Shown here: positions 1 to 13,077 of the stretch, one piece after another | How positions within the stretch are numbered: the first letter of the stretch is position 1 | Layout of the letters: each line of letters opens with the position of its first letter | Origin: Pavona decussata | Taxonomy: Eukaryota | Direction: 5' to 3' | Assembly: GCA_977016875.1 (NCBI GenBank) | Contig: CDRNST010000104.1 | Coordinates: forward strand, 5,332,001 to 5,396,000 | Length of the DNA stretch: 64,000 nucleotides | The notes under the pieces: model-generated | What the model saw: the letters and a program-made list of their open reading frames with translations, nothing else | Databases searched by the model: none | Told to the model about the DNA's origin: nothing | Program-made: the position numbers and the translations under genes

Positions 1-366
1 CATCACTCTCTAAAAGACTGGAATGAATTAGAGAGAGAGACCAGAAATGCAACGAATATTGCTACTTTTAAGCGAAACATGTTTGCCAGGTTTTTTAATT
101 AACCCTATCGGTAAGAATTTTTGTAGTTTTAGCTTTTTTGCTTTTATCATTTTTTATTTTTTGTCAATTTGAAGTTTTTAACCCCATCGATGATATCTTT
201 GAAGTTTTAGCTACCAGTTTGAATTGCTGTTTTTATCATTTTGTAATTTTGTCTTATATATTGTATTTTTTAACCTTTTGTAGATTTAATCTTTATAGGA
301 CCTTTCTGAAAACCACATTTAGTGAACGAAAGCTTCCTAATAAAAGATTATTATCATTATGATTCA
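1..366 (+). mobile_element. 3' end of a non-LTR retrotransposon (LINE, CR1/L2-like): RT C-terminus, 3'UTR and tail
   Basis: Frame 1 reads HHSLKDWNELERETRNATNIATFKRNMF* (typical LINE ORF2 end, WNxL...FK). A T-rich UTR follows, ending AATAAAAG-ATTATTATCATTATGATT. Confidence 0.7.
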
Positions 367-969
367 AGAGAATTAGCGTGCCTCATATCTATCTTTCTCT
401 TGCTATCACGCCAACGACTTTCCGCTTACCTTTTTATGCGATACTTGATGCAAAGGAGATTTCAAAGGTGGCGGTTGCCTGCAATGATACAACAGAGTAC
501 TGCTGTCTTAGCTAGAAGAATTCAACGTTGAGGAACTAAAGTGCGAGCACGTCGAAGTGTTTGGAGTCTTCCTCGACCACAGCTTTGGTTTGAAAGATTG
601 CTAAATGATGGATCGCTTGATGGCTGGTGGAAAGAAAACTTTCGGGTTTCCAGAGCCACTTTTGAATACATCTGTAGATTAGTTGGGCCAGCGTTATCAC
701 GACAAGATACTGCCATGAGAGTCGCAGTTCCTGTGGAGAAAAGAGTGAGCTGCGAAGAAATTTTGCTGTCAAACGGAGCATCATGATTGGCTCTTGTACC
801 TTGGGCATCAAAACACCAAAGCAATTTACCACGTTAAATGTCATGGGCGCTTCGTGTGATCTTTTTGACGTATCCATGGATATTTAACACGCGAAATTTA
901 CTTCGGGAAACGTCGGTCACACTACTAAATACAGTTTCCCGTGGTAAAAGGGCCCCGTGTAACCGCACC
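367..969 (+). mobile_element. Internally deleted PIF/Harbinger element: N-terminal transposase fragment plus right TIR
   Basis: ORF 541-786 contains WKENFRVSRATFEYICRLVGPALSRQDTAMRVAVPVEKRV (HARBI1-like N-terminus). The element ends ...CCCGTGTAACCGCACC followed by TAA (970-972), the Harbinger target trinucleotide. Confidence 0.75.
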
Positions 970-1149
970 TAATAGTTTTAGACTCTTTATTGATGCCAAA
1001 AGACACTTTATCATGATACATTGAAATTTTTTAATTTGAGTGTGTGATTATATTAAGCATCCTGAATATTGTTTGAATTCTTATTGGTCTGACTAATCCC
1101 AACTGTTTCTAATTTTAGGCTTGCACATGTCATGGTGTGGCCACAGATC

Positions 1150-1985
1150 GGTAATCATTTACCTGGAAATAACAGCAAACTGGGGCATTCATTTGCCAGT
1201 TTCTCCTTCTCTTTTCTTTTTTCTTTTCTTTTTTTCTTCTCCAATTTAAATCAACTGATTTTCCATTATAACTTGAATTAGTTAGGCTAAACTAAAATAT
1301 CTGTTGTGACCTTGGGTAATCATTTACCTGGAAACAACAACAAACTGGGGCATTCATTTGCCTGTTTCTACTTTTCGATAATTTTTTCACTTTTCACCAA
1401 TAAAAATCAATAGAGTTTCCATTTTGACTTGAATTAGTTAAAGGCCTCAATTAAATTATTGAAGAGTAGATGTCTGTTGTGACCTTGGGTAATCCTTTAC
1501 CTGGAAAAACAGCAAACGGGGGCATTCATTTGCCTGTTTCTCCTTTTCTTTTCTTTTTTCTTCTCCAATTCAAATCAACTGATTTTCCATTCTAACTTGA
1601 ATTAGTTAGGCTAAACTAAAATATCTGTGGTGACCTTGGCTAGTCATTTACCTGGAAACAACAACAAACTGGGGCATTCATTTACATGTTTTTCCTTTTC
1701 TTTTTTTCTTCTTCTCCAATTTAAATCAACTGATTTTCCATTCTAACTTGAATTAGTAAGGCTAAACTAAAATATCTGTTGTGACCTTGGGTAATCCTTT
1801 ACCTGGAAACAACAACAAACTGGGGCATTCATTTGCCCGTCTACTTTTTAATAATTTTTTCTTCAATCTGAATCAATAGTTTCAATTTTACCTTGAATTA
1901 GATAAGCTAAAATTAATTATTGAAGAGTAAATATCTGTTGTGAGCCTGGGTAATCCTGACAAACCGGGGCATTCATTTGCCCGAA
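1150..1985. repeat. Tandem repeat, about 5.3 units of 151-173 bp
   Basis: GGTAATC(A/C)TTTACCTGGAAA...GGGGCATTCATTT recurs at 1150, 1315, 1488, 1639, 1790 and 1949. Confidence 0.95.
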
Positions 1986-3099
1986 CTGACCTTGGCCAAG
2001 AATAGTGCTCTTGGTCCTAACCCGATTAAACAGCCAACACTTAAATAATTTTTGCGAACGTTTTGTTAGGTTAAAAGGACGTTAAATCAGATTTTTCACT
2101 TGTTGTGAGTAACAAGTCATAGTTTTCATAGCTTTCCCGGTTAGATTTGTCAGTTACCAAAACTGAGATGTTTGTTTGGTGCCGGGTTCAGTGTGGACGG
2201 AAGTGCGTTCTCTACAAATTTTTCAAGTTGTTTGGCTGCACAACATTGTAGCATAGACTCTTAAAGTCAATTGATTTTTTGTCAAATTTACACTCATAAA
2301 AAAAACGCCCCGCGCGTAAGTTTGATTTGATGATAGCTTGTTGTTAGTGGCAGGTTTCTAAATAGGTTTCCTTGTCACTATCAACTTATAGTATTCGAGG
2401 ATAGTTTAACAAACGTAGCTATACAATTTAGCGATTTGTTCGTCTTTTTATCAGTTAATTTATGACGTGGGCAATACTTTTCCCGCAAAGATTTTTTCGC
2501 ATCCTTCATAATAGCTTTTGCTGTGAGGGCCATGGCGCGACATTTGGTTTCCCGCATTAAGTGCCGGCAATAAACAAAGGCTTCAAAAAATGTATCTCAT
2601 CTTCTAATTGTTTGCCTTCGAATTTCAAATGTTTTGCCTTGATTTCTAGAGAACTCGCCATGTTTCATAATCAAAGCGGCATACCTATGCGAATTGTGCC
2701 AAAATGAGTGTCTGCTCTGAAAAAAAAAATTAAGCGTTTCTTGTCGCTTATATCACAGGTTAGTCTTGCCATATTTAGAGGCGCAGCAGTAGTTTTAAAT
2801 AAGTTAAAATAAATTGAAGTTGGAAGAAGTTGAGGTCTCATTCTCAGTTACCACGATTAAACTACACAAACCATCAAAGAGGCAGCGAGAGCTTGTAGTT
2901 ATCGAACTAACAGCGGAACGCCCCTAATTGAAAGAACTAAGCGAAATCTTTTTTAAATCTGGATTGGCTTTGCGAGACATGGCATCTGGAAAATAACTTT
3001 TAATGTCAAAATGTACCTTAGTCGGGGGTTTAATTTTACGCTCTGCATGTGCTTTGCCGATCAATAAGTTCGAAAAAAGCGTTACCGCAAACATTACAC

Positions 3100-3554
3100 C
3101 AACACATTACACTTAATTTTCATCGGCTAACGATAATGAATAATTACAGAGCTGCCACTTTTGCATTTGTAGGGTATAAAATTTGGGAAAAAATTCCTTG
3201 TAAATTAAAAAAAGCTCTCATATAATAGCTTGTACAAGCAGTACAAATCGTACCTTTTAAATACCCAATATATCATTACTATTGTTTTTTATGTAAAAAT
3301 GGTAGTAAGTTTCTATTATTGCACTTTTATTATTCTTTACTTTTTTTTTGCTCTAGTTAGTTGCACATTATAGGCCAGTTGCACGTGGCAGTGACCAAGT
3401 CGAAAGCCTAAGCTCCTTTGGTCACTGCGCACACTTAACTTTTCACATTTATGTAATTTAAGGCTGTCTTTATGTTACTTTTCTTATAAATTGTAATTTC
3501 CTTTTATTGTGAACCATTGAAATAGTGCATAATAATAAAAAACTTGAAACCTTG
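3100..3554 (+). mobile_element. 5'-truncated LINE 3' end with 3'UTR stem-loop
   Basis: NNYRAATFAFVGYKIWEKIPCKLKK/LSYNSLYKQYKSYLL is an ORF2 C-terminus. There is a perfect 11-bp hairpin, GCAGTGACCAA (3388-3398) / TTGGTCACTGC (3418-3428), then AATAAA and a (CTTGA)-type tail. Confidence 0.7.
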
Positions 3555-3884
3555 ACTGCAGGGTGTGCAAAAGACAAAAATGGCGGCTAAAGGGGAAATC
3601 AAGAAGTTCCCTTATTTTTCTTTCTTTTCTTGTTTTCTTCCATTGTCCATTTACGGTAGGCATCAGCCATTGTTAGACTGATGCTGTTCTAAATTGTAAA
3701 CTATGGCCTCGATGTGGGGTGCAGGAATTGTACAGCATGATTGTAATTTTAGCACTCGAGGATGTTGGAAAAGCTTTGTTTGTCTTGCAACATCTTAGAC
3801 TTAGGTAAACATTTTATTTGCCAGAAGTATTTACTCGACTACAGTGCCGTGATTTTATGGTACCTAGTAATATAACTTATACAA

Positions 3885-4140
3885 CTGGGCCCAGTCGTTC
3901 AAAGTCCGATTAAGCTAATCCTGGATTAACGTGAACTTTGATTTGAGTTTGATTACTAATCAGTAAAGATTCTTCCAAAAGATTTTTGGCCCTCAGTTTT
4001 GACTTAAACTTTTCTTTACCTTTAGCTTGAAATTAGGCTTTAAAACGACTTTAAAACGACTTTTAAAGAGCGAACTGGAAACTTCATTAAACTTTTAATC
4101 GTAGATTAGCGTTAATCGGCTTTCGAACAACCCGGTCTTG
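3885..4140. mobile_element. MITE / non-autonomous DNA transposon (~250 bp)
   Basis: Imperfect TIRs: GTCGTTCAAAGTCCGATTAAGCTAATC on the left and GATTAGCGTTAATCGGCTTTCGAACAAC on the right. Confidence 0.7.
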
Positions 4141-4360
4141 TAGTTTACTCTCGAACTAAACGTGTTCGATTGCATTTCTACATCAGTTCATAGAGCTAGC
4201 AACTTGGCAACTTTAGCGCCTTGTTTTATTTCCAAGCTAGCAACTACTTACAGCATGACAGCCAAATCGACAGATCAAACGTTTGTAGCAAACAGCAATG
4301 ATAGCGATAAACAAGATACACTTGCGGTGTTCTTGGAGACTTCCTTAAGTTCCTGAATAC

Positions 4361-5200
4361 TTGAAGCGAGTTCGCAAGTGTTCGGGGTGCAAGCTGCCCC
4401 ATGATGTCCATTCGTGGGGACCTCCTGGCCCTTATTGTACCAGACCAGCTGAGTACATGGAAGCAGATCAGGAGGACGAAGGAGCCCTGCAGCAACAGCT
4501 GCAAAAACTTAAACTTGCGGAGCTAGAGTTGGCAAAGGCTTTGTGTATCAGGTAACTCAAAAAGGCAATCGCTGAGAGTCAGCAATGTCTCGTGCACCTA
4601 CAGCAGAAACCGCCGCTACCCAGTCACAAAAGCTCATCACAGACAAGTACATCGTCGGTACAAGTATCAGCCCCGCCATCCAGCCAAATTACAGCCTCAA
4701 ACGCCGCTTCATCAGCCATTTCAGCAGCAAATCCCTCCACTTCGTTCGCCATCGTCACCATGTCTTTTACAACAACAGCTCCTGTGACTCCACTGGATAT
4801 GTTACTGGCCGGCTACCAAACAGGCGCGGCACCTCAGGCGGTAAACAATCCAGATGGGCATCTTGCCGAACCACAAGCGGCTCAGGAGTCTCAGATGTTT
4901 GTCAAACCTGCAAAGCTGGCTAAGGGTGAGGAGATATTAAGAATAATAGATTTTATCGACAAGATTGTGTCTACTGTGGAGGACAGAGCTTTATCAGAAC
5001 TCGGAGCCACAAAACTTGTGGTCTAATACGGGCCTAAAAAGCCCAAACTTCAGTAAGTACCTATCGCCCAGTGGGTGATTGCTAATATTAGAATATTTTA
5101 TGCTACTTAGTGCCACTAAGCTGCCATCCCCACAGCATGTGCAGCATTATCTAGCGTACACTATAAAAATTATGGAGCTCAGCACCAAATTCACATGGTG
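4361..5200 (+). mobile_element. Degenerate gag-like ORF1 of a DIRS/Ngaro-type retrotransposon (truncated)
   Basis: CxxC..H N-terminus and a low-complexity linker. Then LRIIDFIDKIV...KLVV*YGPKKPKLQ*VPIAQWVIANIRIF...HYLAYTIKIMELSTKFTW, which resembles the ORF preceding RT in invertebrate DIRS-like elements. Several stops. Confidence 0.55.
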
Positions 5201-5899
5201 CTCTGGTTAGCGGTAAGAAGCATGCATGCAAATTTCCGTAGCTTATCCTCAACTCCACGAAGGAAAGATCAAATGCGTCTGACCCTCGGTGGAGACTAGT
5301 TTCTTCAAAGTGCCTAGACGTATCAAGATACATGAAAAAAAAAAAACAAAAGAAAAGAAGAAAGGAAAATTGCATAAGGCCACAAAGTTAAAGAGGTAAA
5401 TGCCAAGTAGTCACTACCCGTGGAAGTATCTTTCTCCTGCCACCAAAACCAAACGTCTAGGGAACGTTCGTCAACAACAATCAAGGCTGAGCAAACAAGT
5501 GCTGTGATTTTACAAACAAACGAAGATTGAGTTGCTGGGTGAACAATCTAAGCAGCTATGTCAGCTCAGTCAAGCAATAGAAGCAATAGTCCGGAACAGG
5601 ACAGAGGATATAGCTGGTGCTATTGACATAGATGGAGATAGATACCCTTTGCCTGAAGCTGCTAAACGTCCTGCTCATCACCTGCACTCCCTTCTTATGT
5701 GGGAGCTATCCTTTTTGGTTGTTTGGCTGTACTGCTACCTGACAAGCGACAATGCGCTACTTATGCAGCTGAGATTTTTCAAAGCCTATTTAACATACAT
5801 TGGAGGTGTTATTCAAAATGGAATAGGTGCAGAGTTTGTCCTCTCCTTGGGTGTTCTTGTGCCATCAACAATGACTCATGAAGAAAGGTTTTAGGAGTT

Positions 5900-6749
5900 G
5901 CTAGGGACAACTTTGAGAGCGACATATGCCCCAAGTGTACAAAATTGTATAGACCAGAAGATTGCCTATGAAGAGTCAGGAATCAAGGTCAGCTAATTTT
6001 TTGCGATGACATTTTATTTCCAAGGTCCAGGAACACGCTGGCATGCGGTAGCAAGCTTGTTCAAAAAGTCATCTTGAAGATTGGTTTGCCAAAGTATTAT
6101 TCTCTCAAAGTGTACTGCTACAAGAGTGTGATTCATGTGCTAGAGACAGGTTTGAAACATCCAAACTTTAAAGAAGCATGTGAACATTGGTGCGATTGTC
6201 AAACTGATGAGCAATTATATGGCAACATCTACTATGGTAAAGCTTGGAAATCCTTTCATCGATGGAATGACAGGAAGTTTTGGCGTGATGTTTACTGTGG
6301 ACTGGTTTCAAACATACAAACACTGCAAAGACATATCTGTTGGAGTACTATACGCGTTCATCATGACCCTTCCTAACTCAGAGCGATTCAAGTGGGAAAA
6401 AGTGATTATTGTTGGAATTATTCCTGCACTGTCTAAAAAGCCATCATCACTAAACTCTTTACTGAACCCACTGGTAGACAAAGTTAATGAGCTGTGGCAT
6501 GGTATTAAAGTCACAACTAGGAAATCTCCTATTCATAGAGCGGAGATACGTGCTGCACTCATTTGTGGTGCAGCTGACATACCGGCTGCAACGAAACTGT
6601 GTGGTTTTCTTGGACATAGTGTGAACCATGGTTGTTCACACAGCAACAAGTTTCCCCCTCGTGGTTTTGGTGAAAAGAAGGATTACAGCAGGTTTAATCG
6701 CAGCACGTGGCCTGAAAGAAACCGACAATTATGCATGACAAAACGCTAG
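5900..6749 (+). pseudogene. CACTA/EnSpm (Tnp2-like) transposase fragment, copy 1
   Basis: FTVDWFQTY..SVGVLY..LPNSERFKWE..IVGIIP...LNPLVD...LWHG...AALICGAADIPAATKLCGFLGHS..GCS are canonical Tnp2 motifs with the first two catalytic Asp. Frameshifted and 3'-truncated. Confidence 0.85.
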
Positions 6750-7689
6750 AAAGATAGAGTTCAACTCTAGACCAGAACTAAAGAATTTACGCGTTCTCTG
6801 AACAGATGGAGTGCTGGCCCTCTGCGCCATTCCTAGACGGATGTCCAAAACAGCCTTTCCTGCGAAACTGTTTCTGAAAATCTCCACATATGACTGCAGA
6901 GTGCGCAAAAGAATGGCGGCTGAAGGGGAAATCAAGAAGTTCCCTTATTTTTTCTTCCATTGCCCATTTATGACCAAGGAAAACTGGTTACCCATAAGCA
7001 TGCATGCAAAGTTGCATAAGATTTGGCATACTGCTTATCCTCACCGAAACGTCTTGAGGGAAAGATCAAATGCGTCTGACCCGCAATGGAGATGAGTTTG
7101 TTCCAAGTGCCTAGAGGTGTCAGGATAAGTGAAGAAAAAAATAAAGAAGAAAGGAAAACTGGATAAAACCACAAAGTTGAAGAGGTAAATGCCAAGTAGT
7201 CACTACCCGCGAAAATATCTTTCTCCTGCCACCAAAACCAAATGTCTAGGGAACGTTCGTCAACAACAATCAAGGCTGAGCAAACAAGTGCTGTGATTTT
7301 ACAAACAAACGAAGATTGAGTTGCTGGGTGAACAATCTAAGCAGCTATGTCAGCTCAGTCAAGCAATAGAAGCAATAGTCCGGAACAGGACAGAGGATAT
7401 AGCTGGTGCTATTGACATAGATGGAGATAGATAACCTTTGCCTGAAGCTGCTAAACGTCCTGCTCATCGCCTGCACTCCCTTCTTATGTGGGAGCTATCC
7501 TTTTTGGTTGTTTGGCTGTACTGCTACCTGATAAGCGACAATGCGCTACTTATGCAGCTGAGATTTTTGAAACCCTTCTTGACATACATTGGAGGTGTTA
7601 TTCAAAATGGAATAGGTGCAGAGTTTGTCCTCTCCTTAGCTGTTCTTGTGCCATCAACAATGACTCATGAAGAAAGGTTTTAGGAGTTG

Positions 7690-8548
7690 GTAGGGACAAC
7701 TTTGAGAGCGACATATGCCCCAAGTGTACAAAATTGTATAGACCAGAAGATTGCCTATGAAAAGTCAGAAATCAAAGTCAGCTAATTTGTTGTGATAGCA
7801 TTTTATTTCCAAGGTCCAGGACAAGGATGGCATGCGGTAGCAAGCTTGTTCAAAACGTCATCTTGAAGATTGGTTTGCCAAAGTATTATTCTCTCAAAGC
7901 GTACTGCTACAAGAGTGTTTTAATTGATGTGCTAGAGACATGTTTGAAACATCCAAACTTTGAAGAAGCATGTGAACATTGGTGCGATTGTCAAACTGAT
8001 GAACAATTATATGGCAACGTCTACTATAGTAAAGTTTGGAAATCCTTTCATGGGTAAAACAACAGGAAGTTTTGGCTTGATGTTTACTGTGGACTGATTT
8101 CAAACATACAACAACTGCAAAGACATATCTGTTGGAGTACTATACATGTTCATCATGACCCTTCCTCGCTCAGAGCGATTCAAGTGGGAAAATGTGATTA
8201 TCGTTGGAATTATTCCTGCACTGTCTAAAAAGCCATCATCACTAAACTCTTTACTGAGCCCACTGGCAGTCAAAGTTAATGTGCTGTGGCATGGTATTAA
8301 AGTCTCAACTAGGAAATCTCCTATTCATAGAGCGGAGATACGTGCTGCACTCATTTGTGGTGCAGCTGACATACCGGCTGCAACGAAACTGTGTGGTTTT
8401 CTTGGACATAGCGCGAACCATGATTGTTCACACAGCAACAAGTTTCCCCCTCGTGGTTTCGGTAAAAAGAAGGATTACAGCAGGTTTAATTGCAGCACAT
8501 GGCCCGAAAAAACCGACAATTACCCCTGACAAAACGCTAGAAAGATAG
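7690..8548 (+). pseudogene. CACTA/EnSpm transposase fragment, copy 2
   Basis: Same motifs as copy 1 (ORF 8146-8529), with additional stops. Confidence 0.85.
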
Positions 8549-10244
8549 AGTTCAACTCTAGACCAGAACTAAAGAATTTGCGTGTTCTCAGAACAGATGG
8601 AGAGCTGGTTCACTGCGCCATTCCTAGACAGATGTCCAGAACAACCTTTCTCGCGAAAAACTGTTTCCGAAGATGTCCACATATGACTGCAGAGTGTACA
8701 AAAAAATGACGGCTAAAGGGGAAATCAAGACATTCCCTTATTTTTTCTTCCATTGTCCATTTATGACCGAGGAAAACTGAACACAGGTAAGAAGCATGCA
8801 TGCATAGTCGCGTAAGATTTAGAAAATTGCTTCTCCTTACTGAAACGTCTCAAAAGAAAGATCAAATGTGTCTGACCCTTGGTGAAGTTGAGTTTGTTTT
8901 AAGTGCCTAGAGGTGCCCAACTACGTGAAGAAAAAAGTAAAGAAGAAAGGAAAATTGGATAAAGTCACAAAGTTAAAGAGGTAAATGCCAAGTAGTCACT
9001 ACCCGTGGAAGTATCTTTATCCTACCACCAAAACCAAACGTGTAAGGAACATTTGTCAGCAACAATCAAGGCTGAGCAAACAAGTGCTGTGATTTTACAA
9101 ACAAACGAAAATTGAGTTGCTGGGTGAATAATCTAAGGAGCTATGTCAGCTCATTCAAGAAATAAAAGCAATAGTCCGAAACAGGACAGAGGATATAGCT
9201 GGTGCCATTGACACAGATGGAGATAGATACCCTTTGCCTGAGGCTGCTAAACGTCCTACTCAATGCTTGCACTCCCTTTTATGTGGGAGCTATCCTTCTT
9301 GGTTTTGGCTGTACTGCTACCTGATAAGCGACAATGCACTACTTATGCAGCGGAGATGTTTGAAAGCATTCTTGACCTGCATTGGAGGTGTTATTCAAAA
9401 AAGAATAGGTGTAGAGTTTGTCCTCTCCTTAGCTGTTCTTATGCTATCAACATATTTGAGCGGCGATCAAATGGTGAAGATGGAAGATTCTTACCTCGGT
9501 ATGCTACATAAGGATTCTTACTCAGACTACAACTATTACGGTTCCCAAGTCTACGTTCCAGCCGAATCTCCAGGGCCAAGTACTGTCTAATTTGTGCATC
9601 CCTATACAAACCGACCAAATACACATCTGTATGCAAACCATCCGAGTAAGTCAAAGTAGCAACTGCCTCTGCTGGAGTTGAACAAATTCAAGGAACAAAA
9701 AAACTAGAATACCAGCAATAATATGCCAAGGCAGCATATTCGATCCAAGCGGTTAACGGATCACCATAAGCCCATGACTCCTGAGATCTCATGTAACCTT
9801 TCCCGTGAACAGCACGCAAGCGATGGTGTTTATTTCCGTGTCATTGACACTTGTGGTTAACAAATATTTTGCTGTGTCTCAGTGCGACCACGCTTGACAA
9901 ATTGAAAATTTGGCAGAAACAAATTTTGTCGAGATTTTGGAAAGGCCAAGCAAATTTTGTCAGTCCAGTGCATCTGGACCGTTATTGTGATGTTTTGATG
10001 TTTGTTACACTGCTTGAGCAGTGTGACGGAAGTTGAAGAGCTAGTGCATTTGTCTCCGCCGCAAATCCCCGCACAAATGCTATCGACAATAGTAAAAAAC
10101 GAACAAGACATTGTTTGTCCGTGAAATTGCCCATCAATCAACTCTGGTTTTAGATGTAATGTTTCAGAGATATGGATAAGTAGATTTGTTTATTTAGAGA
10201 ATGATGAAATATTTGCTTTTCGTGGGAACAGTTGGCAAGATCAT

Positions 10245-11930
10245 CTATTGAAACTGCCTAGTTATACCTCCCATTCTAAAGTCTGAGGTATTGGAACGTA
10301 TCCATGATGGTCATCAGGGCATGACCAGGTGTCGTGACAGAACTACTATGTCAGTTTCGTGGCGAGGCATTGGTCATGAAATTCAAAACAAAGTTTCGAT
10401 GTGTGACATTTGCCAAAACATTTTATCCACTCAGAGAAAGCAACCACTAATTACTACGCCTCTACCAGAAAGGGCTTGGAAGATTGGTGCAGACTTGTGC
10501 GAACATTAAGGGAAGTAGTTCCTTGTGGTCATTGACTATTATTCAAGATTTCCCAAGATAATTTTCATGTCCAGTACCACCAGTGACGATGCTGTGATTA
10601 ATGAGCTCAAGGACATATTTGCCCAATGGGGAGTACCACACGAAATTGTGAGTGACAATGGACCACAATTCTCCTCTGATCAGTTCCGTAAGTTTAGCCA
10701 AGAGTATGACTTCAAGCATACTACCACTGGTTCTTATTATCCACAAGCAAGTGGTGAATCACAAAGTGGAATTCACATTGGCAAGAAGATACTATGGCAG
10801 TATGATCCTTTCTTTTGGACTCATACAGCCACAGGTGCAAGTACTTACAATTGGGCTACTATTGTATCTTATCCATTTAATGCATGTTGATACTGATATA
10901 TATTTAAATGTTTTATTTGTAGGTGATGAATTGTCAGTGGATAGATAAAGATTATCTATCTGCTTGCCAGCTTATGATAGAGAGGGAAATTCGCACCCTT
11001 CTACCGACATTAGAATCCAACCTAAAGCTAGTTTTACCAAGTTTTACCAAGCCATGAACCAGTTACCATAAGGGATGAGGATACCTCTTACTGTCAGTAC
11101 TTTGACCAGGGACATGGAGTATGAAACCTTCCTGACCTACAGCCAGGCTACTCAGTGCATGTGAAGTTGGATCAGCAGAAAGGATGGAAGACTCCTGGGA
11201 AAATCATTACGAGAAGCCCTACTGCTAGGTCATATGTCATCTAGACACATTTCAGCATGGTGCAGAGAAACCGAAGACACCTATGCACAGCCACCAGTCC
11301 TGGTGGATTTGAAATGCCTGATAAGCAAGATTTGGATCTGGAGCCAGCAACACAAGCAAAAGACCCAGCCTTGGAATCTTCAAATGCTGAAGCAGATCAA
11401 CTGCCACAAATTGCGAAAACTTTCAGAGTGATCCCAGCTGTACCCTCCTCTGCAGAAACACAGTCCAGCTGAAGCAGATCAACTGCCACAGATTACGAAA
11501 ACTTTCAGAGTGATCCCAGCTGTACCCTCCTCTGCAGAAACACAGTCCAGTTTATCACAACCAGAAGTTAGGATCTCAAGTGGTCGTGCCGTGAGAAAAC
11601 CTGTCCGTTTGAGAGACTTGATTGGTGCTTTTGAGAACAGTCATTGAGACATTAACTGATTACGATACAAGGCTCTAAGGCAGTTGCTTTATATATTTTC
11701 ACGTTCATGTTTTGTATTCACTAAGTCTTTAAGAACTTAAAGGAGGGAGATGTCATGAGAGACTAGTTTTTGAGGATGATGTTTTCTTCATTGTATTGCG
11801 CATGCATGCCAGTAATTTTACAGACCTCATGGTTAGTTGGATACAAGCCTGAGTAGAAATGAGGATGTACACATAAGACCTGTGGAGTTAAATAATGTTG
11901 TTCCTGTTTTTACCGAGTGTTCATGTGTAA
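10245..11930 (+). mobile_element. Gypsy/Ty3 LTR retrotransposon 3' part: integrase, PPT and probable 3' LTR
   Basis: HHCC zinc finger (IHDGHQG...CDIC) and core GADL/VIDYYSRF/SDNGPQFSS/YPQASGE. The polypurine tract AAAGGAGGGAGA is directly followed by TG at 11751. A ~115-bp foreign insert lies at ~10844-10961. Confidence 0.85.
11386..11550. repeat. 82-bp tandem duplication in the Gypsy integrase tail
   Basis: GCTGAAGCAGATCAACTGCCACA...GAAACACAGTCCA starts at 11386 and 11468. Confidence 0.95.
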
Positions 11931-11944
11931 CATGGACATGACAC

Positions 11945-12330
11945 TTAGTAAGAGCGTTTTTGAGCCTCAAAGCTTGAATTTGACTGACTGCAGGACATAT
12001 GTATTCTAATGTATAAGAGTGAACATAATTTTGTCTCCTGAATATTTGTGACATGTTTCTGACTAACAGCCACACTTACACTTTACGGCAGAAAGATTTT
12101 TATCAACCTAGTTTTAACACACTTACGCACATAAAACACTTAATTCGATACCTAGGCCCAAGACTCTGGAGCAAGATACCAAGCAAAGACAGAATGGCTG
12201 CCAGTCTTAAGCTCTCTAAGACCCGGATACACAGTCTTGATCTAAGTAACATCTAAGATGGATGTAGTAGCTGCTACCTTTGCGATTGGTAATTACAATT
12301 TTAATTACAAGACTTTAGAATTTTGATACT
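11945..12330 (+). mobile_element. LINE ORF2 C-terminal fragment
   Basis: YTLRQKDFYQPSFNT...IRYLGPRLWSKIP...SLKLSKTRI..*DGCSSCYLC is a typical LINE RT tail. Confidence 0.7.
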
Positions 12331-12959
12331 TAGCATTTTCTTTGAATTGTTATGGCCCGTGAAAGTTTCAAGTTTTGATGGTTTTTTGGTTTACCACTGC
12401 ACAAGAAGGAGAATGGGTTTTAGTTTCGATGTGAAGACACAGAAGGACAATAAAAGACATCCTTCTTGCACAGCTATGAACTGCAAAAAATTGAAACTTT
12501 CACAGGTCTTAAAAATTCAAAGAAAAATGCTACTAAATAACAATTTGGCACAGATATTCAGGACATTAAGCAAAAGAAAAAATTGGGGTTATTCGTTCTT
12601 TAAGGAACAAATGTAAATGAAAGCAGAGGCTATGTAAGAATTCAGAGTACATGCTAGGTAGTATAAACTCAATTCTGTTTCCATGTCATGAGATGTTTAA
12701 GGACCTTCAAGGAATATAATGCTATGAATTATATGGCATTATTATATTATGGCATTGCAATGTGTTGCAATGGTAAAACGTTATATGGACTCTTAAGAGG
12801 AAAAGCCTAAAGCGACTATTAGTTTACATGAATTAGGACATCGGTTCAATAATGATAACTTCAAAACAATACAAGGTACCACCTACATTCATCTCTGATG
12901 CTTTCACAGACTACAACAAGAGGGCAATTTAGGCAACACAGTATACAATGCATATGAAT

Positions 12960-13077
12960 CAATACGACTGGAAACATGAATAAGTGAATGATCATCCCAC
13001 TTAGATGTAAATATGCAACTTAAGCAGTTGCAAAAAGAAAGCCTGGAAAAAATTCGGGCTTGAACGGGATTTAAACA
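12960..13077 (-). mobile_element. tRNA-derived SINE fragment (5' truncated)
   Basis: The minus strand reads a degenerate B-box GTTTAAATCCCGTTCAAGCCCGAATTTTTTCCAGGCTTTC..TTGCAACTGCTTAAGTTGC, the body of a common cnidarian-type SINE. Confidence 0.65.

Larger units (their letters stand above)
5203..9445 (+). repeat. Tandem array (~2.4 copies, unit 1778-1796 bp) of a truncated CACTA/EnSpm transposase region
   Basis: AAGCATGCATGCA anchors lie at ~5218, ~6996 and ~8792. Near-identical ORFs recur (PEAAKRP... at 5651/7441/9237). A further unit fragment lies at 3555-3655. Confidence 0.9.

Noticed and set aside
1150-1985. CRISPR-like array
   Set aside because: The sequence between the conserved blocks is itself repeated rather than unique spacers, there are no cas genes, and the context is eukaryotic.
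12960-13077. tRNA gene (also 39860-40005)
   Set aside because: Only degenerate A/B-box remnants attached to SINE bodies; no complete cloverleaf.
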